Both the position numbers and the translations under genes were made by a program. This document shows, piece by piece, positions 52,301-61,500 of a DNA stretch of 64,000 nucleotides. The notes below the pieces were generated by a model that worked only from the letters and a program-made list of their open reading frames with translations, was not told where the DNA came from and did not search any database. The stretch is from Lytechinus pictus (lineage: Eukaryota), in contig NC_087252.1 in NCBI RefSeq assembly GCF_037042905.1, forward strand, positions 10,790,001-10,854,000, written 5' to 3'. Numbering within the stretch: position 1 is the stretch's first letter; every line of letters begins with the position of its first letter.

Positions 52301-55300
52301 GGAGAGCAGTACGAAGTGAACAAGAAAATAAAATACTGATATAAAATATCTTTAAAAATGTAATATGCAATGACTAGAATACTAACTTGCATGGCAGAGA
52401 AAAGGAGATGGTCTATATTTAGGATATTTCAACTATATAACAAAACTAATTCCCTTTACCTTCTGGGCAGTAGTATCCCTGCGGGCAGTCGGCGCAGTAG
52501 AACCTCTCTGTGTGGTTACCATAGGTACCCGCTGGGCAGATACGACAGGATCCCGCTGCGTCGCTACGTAGTGCATTATGATTGACTGCCTTGTATCCCA
52601 GAGGACAGGCTAGGGGTACTTCTGTGCCTTCCGGACAGTACTTGGGGTAGAAACACCTGAAATTGATATTAAGGTAAAATAAAGCAGTTGCAGCTAAAAA
52701 TTATTACATGAGAAAGACTTTAAAATCAAGATTAAATGCTGCCATACTATCATACATGTAGATCTAGTTATGGTGTTTTTAAATAAACTTATCTTTGTGA
52801 AATCACAAAATCTTAGCTGAAAACCGATAATTCTGATGATCACCATCACAAAGAGACATATGTGGGACAGTGTATTAATATTTTTATAAAAATACCCAAC
52901 ATTTTGTGGAATTCTGTGCTTATTTTGCTCATTTCTCAGCAAATAGACTTTTTTTTCCAGAGCCATTTGGCACATATTTCATTGATATATGCAAATACTT
53001 GGGTGGTCATTTTATCGGATTCTGTTCGAACTCATTTTGAGATCTTTACCAAAAGGGCTATTAATGGTTAACCTGGGATATTTATTTTGCACTCATATCC
53101 ACCTATATTACCCCAGCTACATGTAGGGTTAGGATGAGGGAGGAGGATGCGCTGGGTAGAGTAAAGTGAAAATGATTTTGCAACAGGCCCACTCCATACA
53201 AAGATGGTCTACAAGCGAACCTTGGGCCGACAGAATCGATATTTCCAGAACCAATGATTGTAACTGTAATAAGGGTATAAGTTTTAGAGCTCTCCTAAAA
53301 CTGTGCTAAGGCTAGAAAACAATGGAGATAAGCTGTACGTTATGGTGTGAAAAGGTTTGAAATGAGATGAAAGAAATGTGATGGTACATGTATGCGCACT
53401 GCTAGAAAAGTTAACAGATGAACACTAATAACTTGACAGAAAATTTCATCTGTCCCACCTGTTTGAGAAAATGTAAATCTAGGATTGGCCTTTACAGCCT
53501 TTCTGAGATACACTAACTGTGATGTAAACAGAAACACCCCATATAGCAAGATATTTAGCAAATCGTTGAAACTAAATGCTGGAAGAATATAATGAATTTT
53601 ATACTGCCTAAAAACAAATGATTTCTGCATAAACATTTTGTTAAATAATTAAGATGTATTTTCTGTACACAGTGTACATATGTTCACTAAAAATGACCGC
53701 AGTTATCTGTATCGGTAATAAGTAGAATTAATACTTAATTTGATGAACATTATTGTGATTTAGCTGAAATTATTGTCTTAACTATGAATATGACATTACT
53801 TAGGCTAACCTCAATTACCATCTTACTCTTAAGCTCAAATTAACAAATTTTTGTGTTCATATGTGATGTATTATTTCATGGAATTGTACCTGACAGAGAG
53901 ATTTGGTAATACATTTAATTCAATTCAATTCAATCATACTCTATTTAGAGGGATAGATAATAAGTTGTTGAGTTACAGTACAAGGTGCTTACATGGTCGG
54001 TGCGAATGATCCAATAGGACAGTAGTATCCTCCCGGACACACAGGGGGTTCCCCTGTTACTCCTTCACAGTAATGACCTCCTCGACATGTGACTTCTAGT
54101 GATGCTCCTATGTGGCAAACGCAAATTGAAAATAGGATTCAAGTTCATTTCATCTCAACTCAATAATATTAAAGCAAAAGTTTTTTCTACAAAGTAAATT
54201 GCCCTAGAATTTATCTTTAATGTTAAGATGAAATAACTCACAACATTGATAAATTAAAGGGGAAAGAAATGGTACTAGTCTGTATCTTACACCTATTGAA
54301 ATAGCATTCTGTCATACTATGAGAGTATTCAAAGTTTCAAACTCGTATACAATTGATACGATTATCATTTCATGTGTTTGTGCCCTACGACGGGACTCTT
54401 GCATAGAAATCATTCCTTAATAACAGTCCCATACATACATATTCATGTTATACGGGCATATTTCTTCACTGTCCCATACATAGACATTCCTGTTTTAGAG
54501 GAATCACTCATCACAGTCCCATACATACACATTTATGTTTCAAGGAATGAGAAGCTCCTTATGACATACTTCCTTAACTTTAGACTCACCTTCTGGACAC
54601 TCATACGTTGGTCGACAAGGTATACCATGGACGTTGATTGTGTCATTAGGACAATAGTATCCCGGCGTACATAGAGGGCAGTCTTCGTTGCTGATGCGTC
54701 CCTCTGTAGTGCTCATTCGTCCTCCGGTGCAAGGCTCTGGTTCAGTTGTCGCTTCCACACAGTAGTGGCCGACGGGACACGGGTAGTATGTGTGGTTTGT
54801 CATTCCTGAATATAAAGTATCAGTCATAATTGGTTAATGGAATTATTACTTCTGGGACCCATACATAGCACAAAGGTTAGCGATTGACTATAAATTTGAT
54901 TTCTACACTTTGATTGCACATAATGATGCAATGAAGAGTAAAAATAAATTTATTACAAGCACAGAAATTCACAGAGATCAGAAAACCTACACAAATTAAC
55001 AACTTACCAATTCCAGGGGTGTGAGTGGTCACAAATAAAAAGATCTGAAAAAAGCTGAAGAGTGTTGAAAAAGTCTGAAATAGAAAGAGCTCCCATACTT
55101 TTTGTACAGAGGAAGGCCAAAAAAAAGCTGAAATTAAGCTGAAAATCAAAACAAAAAAATCTGAAATCAGATAATCTGAACTCTCACACCCCTGCAATTC
55201 TTAACTCTTCTGAAGATGACAAGAACACTCTTGTCAAAATGTCAAGTCTGGTGTATCGTGAAACCTCTACACTCTTCTTCTTCACCATGGCAACCTTCAG

Positions 55301-58300
55301 AAATAAACTCTTATTGCGTAAAAATTTGTAGAATATATTGAACCCTTTTATTTATTGCAAGGTACCAGGAACCTACATGTAGTGCAGAAAGAATTTTTTC
55401 AAAAGCAATTAAAAAAATGGGTTTTCACCTGTTTCATTGCAGTAGTACCCAGGATCGCAGTTGAAGCAGTCCTGCATGCTTGCGGCACCCTCAACGTCTC
55501 GATAGTGATAGAGAGGGCAGACCATAGGAGCCACACCTTCCAGACAGTATTGACCCAACGGGCAGGGGTAGAGGGTGGGGTCACCTATGAGAAAGGTCAG
55601 GAAATATATTTTTTTAGTTTATAAATTTATTAAGGTATGAAACCACCAGCTGTACAGAAATGTTAGTGCTAATAATGCACAAATAGAGGCCCTGTTACAA
55701 CCAATAATATCGCAGCGTTACCTGATTCCACAACAATGCATTCATTACATCTTGGAACAACGTTGTACGTTACAATCCGAAAGATGTGACTGAGCCTACT
55801 GTTAGCGTATCAGAGCTGTCATTACTAGTATACTCATAAAGCTGGTAGTAGGTTTTGAGCAACAGACAAACAACTGGTATTCCTTTCTGAGAACTAAATC
55901 AACACCTGTGTTAATCTAGTGTATACTGTACAATTTTCAACATGAGAGGGTCACAAGTAATTTGTAAAATTGCCCCCAATTCAGAACAGCCTTAATGAGA
56001 GAACTTTGCCATAAATGTTCACTTGTTTGGAATCTTTTATTTTCACCGGTTGTTTACCCTTGCAGTAAATCCATAGTTTCTAATAATGGGAAACCACTTG
56101 TATTCAATAAAGAAGCATTCTCTGTCTTTATCCCTTTCTCCAGCACAGCAAGGAAAGAAGAATGTTATAGTTTCTCTACACCAATCCTCTCACCTTCAAG
56201 ACAGTAGCTTCCTGGAGGACAGGGATAGCAGTCTTCCTCCACACTGCCAAAGTACTCCGCCCTGTAGGTGTAGTTCGAGCAGGGGATTGCGTCCGTCGTG
56301 CCCTCGGGGCAGTAGTGACTCAGGGGGCATGGACCTGCGCAGGTGGTGTTCGCCTCGCACTGGGTCTTGTCCACGTCGTAGACGGGGAAGGTTCCGTTGG
56401 GCGTGTACTCCGAGCTGGAGCTTAGGCAGAGGTAACCCTGAGAGCAGTTGCCCTGGAGCTGACCTCCTCTGGAAATAGACACAAGGTCAAAGGTCAATGG
56501 TAAATACTCACGGTAATACAAGACAACACTTTAATTTGGGACTCTGTCAGCCAAACGATCTATTCTGCTCTAGATTGACAATAGGAACCAAGTGAAATAC
56601 TAACAAAAATGAAGTTTCAACGTGTTCGTTTTACAAATTGATTTCTTGTGGGCCAAATTTCATAACGGAACATTGATCCTGCCATGAGATATGATTGCTA
56701 CCAACCTTAACAGTGAAAAATCCTATCCCTAATTTCTTTTTCATCCTACATTATTATCAGGCCTAAAATCATATTTTTCGTCAAAATTTTGAATCACATA
56801 CCAAAATTCATCATTCTTACAAGTTTTAAAAATCTTATTGCTAGGGGAAAAAAATCCTACTTAGTGTCACTTTCCCTTGAAATTCTTACAAATCTGTTGG
56901 TGCCTTGGAATCTAAGGAAATGACAGACACATAAAAAAAAATCTTTTACAGTATATTACATTTTTGTTTCTTGCTTTTGTTGTTTAAGTAGGGCACTAAT
57001 GCTGTCCATCATAGCCACTAAGCTAATAATCACACGTCAAAACTGCTACCAACAGAGAAGCAAAACTTAACCCATTACCTAGTCAAACCGGGTGGTCTCT
57101 ATACAACAAAACCTATGGGAATAGCAGAATTAAGAAGTTGATGGGTTAAACTTACCGGCAGTATTGTCCCGCGAGGCAAGGCAAGCATTCATACTCTGAT
57201 TTCAAGCCGGTGTCGTTGGGATAGGTGAAGGTTCCATCGGGACATGGGATAGGGGTCTGGGTAGCTGAAGAACAAAAAAAATATATAAATTACTCACTGG
57301 AAAGAGAAACAACACTACTATCATCATTTATTACTATCATTGGCCTGAATTCACAAAGGCTGCTTTGGATCCTTCATTTGAAGCTAAGGTTTATCCAACT
57401 GGATGTTTCATAAAGCTGTTCGTAAGTCTAGAGCGACTTTAAGAATGACTGGTGAACATTTATTCCACAGTAAATAATCACCAATATGCATTTAATTGTG
57501 AATATCATTTACCACAAGAAAGGATCACCAGTCATTCTTTAAGCCACTCTTAACTTACAAACTATGAAACAGACCCCAGGAGGGTGTTTCATAAAGCTGT
57601 TCGTAAGTTAAGAGCGACTTTAAGAACGACTGGTGATCCTTTCTTGTGGTAAATGGTATATACATTGGTCATTGTTTAGCGCGTAAGAAAGGTTCACCAG
57701 TCGTTCTTAAAGTCGCTCTTATCTTACGAACAGCTTTATGAAACAGACCCCAGGTTTCATTGCATTCATTATGCTGGATATTTAGCACATACATACAATA
57801 ATTGATACATGTACACACTTTTATCACAGCACACTAAGATCACTTGACTTGAGAAAGTCCACATGGATGTGTGAAAGCTTCTTTAAAATATTGTAAGTTT
57901 CGTAAACGTTGAAACATTATTTTATTTGATCATCCCCTACTGATTAAAGCGTTCTGTACCACTACCAGGAGTGGGTTTTTTTCTACTTGCACGATACATG
58001 TAAGCATCTGTAATACACTTGAAAGAGTACAAATCAAAAGTCGTATCCACGGCTTGAGACAACAAACCACAAGCCCTCATCCAGTTGCTGGACATGCTAT
58101 GATAGGAATCACCTTAGAAGAAGTTAAAGTAAGTAAAGAGAAAATATAGTCAATCTGTTATTCAAACAATACCTATCCAAGGGTATGAACTGAAATAATC
58201 ACTGAGAATTAAAAGTAGAAAGGATTTGATAGTTGTTACATCAAACAAAGCATCAAGGAAAGATACATGTACATGTAAATCTGATAGCCCAGGATGGCCA

Positions 58301-58458
58301 AAAACATGAACGAAATAGGCAACAGGGATGCCACTAGGTGTCCTCCAAAAATACTGAAACTTATCGCGGGCCGGGATAGTGTCCAAGAATTTTTTTTTTA
58401 AGGGGGGGTCCACCTTTAATTTTGGGATGGACACATGTCACAGGTAAAAAATTGGACA

Positions 58459-58510
<52 letters not shown>

Positions 58511-61500
58511 GGAGGGGGGGGGGGTCCGCCCCCACCTCAAATTTAGGGGAGGGGGGAGGACCAAGTGGTTTCTTACCTTGTTGTGATCGATGACTTTGAA
58601 GTCAATTAGGTTTGAAAACTGACGGTAGTTAGTTGTGTGTTTCTCATAGAACGCTAGACCAAAAGCTTCAGTCACTGTATTTTGGTTGTTCAGCTGAACC
58701 GCGTTGGCTCCACTCACCAATACATAGACTGAAGAGTTGTTGGCCCGTACATAAAGACAACGTATCAGCTAACCCAGGGAGCTCCGGCCCGCTTTGCGGG
58801 CCGGGGCTAGCTGATACGTAACCCAAGGAGCTCCGGCCCGCTTTCCGGGCCGGAGCTCCCTGGGTTCCGTATCAGCATGCGGCAGTAACGTTAGATCTAA
58901 CATTCGGCGGAAACCCGATTTTCGGATCGTTTTTGGTACATAAAATGTCACATTATAAAAAAATAATTACATCCAAACTTACGAGAAAATATATAAAATT
59001 CAGAAACATCGTACCTTAGACCGCAGTTACCGCTAATTCCTTTCAAATGATGATCAAAACTTAGTCATCCTCGATTCCTTCGTTGGTCATCGTAAGTTGC
59101 CATCTTGGATGACGTCATCATCTGTACAGACGTATTTACCAGTCGCTATTATACCGCGATTCGTGCCGCTACTTTGCGCTTGTCTATGTGCGTGCGTTTG
59201 GAACTTGTCGCTCGCATTGATTGGCCAGGATATCAATAATTCTAATCAGAAAGCCTTGATAAAAGCATAACTCAATGAACGTAGTAGGCAGTGCGCGCGT
59301 TTATAATTTATATCTCGGGGAAATATCTCTCACTCGGTCGATCGACATGCATCGCAATGGGAAGACATAGGGGGGAAAAAAGGAGGACTTTCCGTTTTTT
59401 TTAATACACAGAAAACAGGAAAAGTCGGAAATACGGAAATAAGACAGATAGCAGGAAAAAAGCCGGAATTCCGTATAAATACGGAAAAGTGGCATCCCTG
59501 AGGCAAACTGGACAATCACATACAAGATGGATAGGACATTGGAACATTGTTAAACCTGATAGTTCAAGAGATAGCCAAGAATGTAAAGGTAGGTAGATGC
59601 AGAACACCTCATAATGCAGAACTAGATAACCATCAGTTGAAATAAGGTCTGACAGAGATAAGGGGCCCGTTGCAGAAAGAGTTGCAATCAATCGCAACTC
59701 TAAAAATCATATGCAACTTGATTTTCAACCAATCAACAGTGCACATTTGGGACGTGCGATTGATTTTTTGACTTGCGTTTGAATGCAACTCTTTCTGCAA
59801 CGGACCCCGAGTCTGATAAGGTCTGACAGAGAAGAATAAAACTGGCTGGACAACACTGCTTGGACAATCAACCCCCAAATGGAAAGGAAATTCAGTTCAG
59901 GATAGCCAAGAATGTAAATGTACATACAGAACACCACATATACAATACACAGCTACAAAATCATCAATCAAATATCTGGAAAGATCACAGAGAAGAATAA
60001 AACTGGCTGTAACTGCTTGGTCAATCACCCCAAAATGGAAAGGAAATTGTATCAGTTTTACAACTGACAGCTCAGGATAGTAAAGAATATAAAGTTAGAT
60101 GCAGAACACTACACAAACAATGCAGGAATTTATAACGATTGGCCAAATTATCTGGTAAGACTTCATTGCGAGGAATACAACTGGCTGGAAACACTGCTAG
60201 GACAATCATAAACAAAAATGTAAAGGAAAGTGGATCGGTGTTAAAACTAAAGGTACATGTAGATGCAGAACACCACATAAACAATGCACACCTGACTAGA
60301 TATCCTTCAACCAAAATATCTGGTAAGACAGATCTGCTTGGCTGGCAACTGCTTGGAAATTCAACCCCGTAATGCAAAATTGAATCGGTTTTACAACTGA
60401 TAGCTCAGGATAGCAAAGACCGTAGAGTTATATGCAGAACACCACATACCGGTAAACAGTGCACAGCTAGATATTCATCAGCCAAAATATGCAGTAAGAT
60501 CTCACAGAGAAGGATAAAACTGGGTGGCAACTGCTTGGAAAATCACCCCAAAATGGAATGGAAATTGTATTGGTGTTACATCTAACAGCTACATTGTAAG
60601 AATAGTTGAGAAAACATAGATGTACATGTAGATGCAAATCATTAACAATGCAGGTTTATATAACCATTAGCCAAAATATCTGGTTAAAATCAGAGACAGA
60701 AGAATGAAAATGGCTGGTTGCGACTTGGGCTATTACCAACAAAACGGCTGTAGGAATTGCAAAATTCTGTAGTCAACTGGTGAAAAGTGCATATAAGTGA
60801 TAGAAATGCAAGATTCATGACAAACATTCATCCCTGCGAATCTCTCATTGCAGAAATAATAAGTTAATCAAGGGAAATTTAGGAAGATAAAGTTTCTTTG
60901 CTCTTTGTAGAAAAGTACGGTTACCTCTGACGAAAACCTAAAAGAATGAATTTTTGCATCAAAACAAACAAGTACATAGATATGGCTTGGAAGGTTACAA
61001 GAAATCAAATCGAAGATATTGATTGTAATAAATAAGAAAAAGAATGAAAGAAAAAAAATCATTTTGAAAGATATACTTCAGATGACGATTGTCATTGCTG
61101 GAGACAAATCACTTCAAACTGGACATTACAAATGTAAGTCCCAAATATTACATTAGAAAACCATCTCCAAAACAATACATTGATAAGACAGGCATGAGCA
61201 TAAAAAATAAAGGAAGCAGGCTTATAGAAACCTATAACCGCCTGTATATTCAGCTAAAAAAATCCTATACAAACCAAATCTAATTTGAAATCCTGTATGT
61301 GATGAAAGACGAACATGGATTGATCATGATGGTAATTAAACTGATGTCCTTACTTGCATACAAAGAAGACTGGTGCAAGAATATAGAAATGAGCCCTACT
61401 GCCACAAAAACATTGAAATCTAATGCCTGACCGATGGCTCAAAGACTAAATGCGTCTTCAGACCAGAAGCATGGACAAAAATCACATATGAAAATGAAAA

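Noticed and set aside
59046..59130. C/D-box snoRNA (ATGATGA C-box-like motif)
   Set aside because: The motif is antisense to the host gene, there is no suitably placed CTGA D box or terminal stem, and it lies inside a TE.
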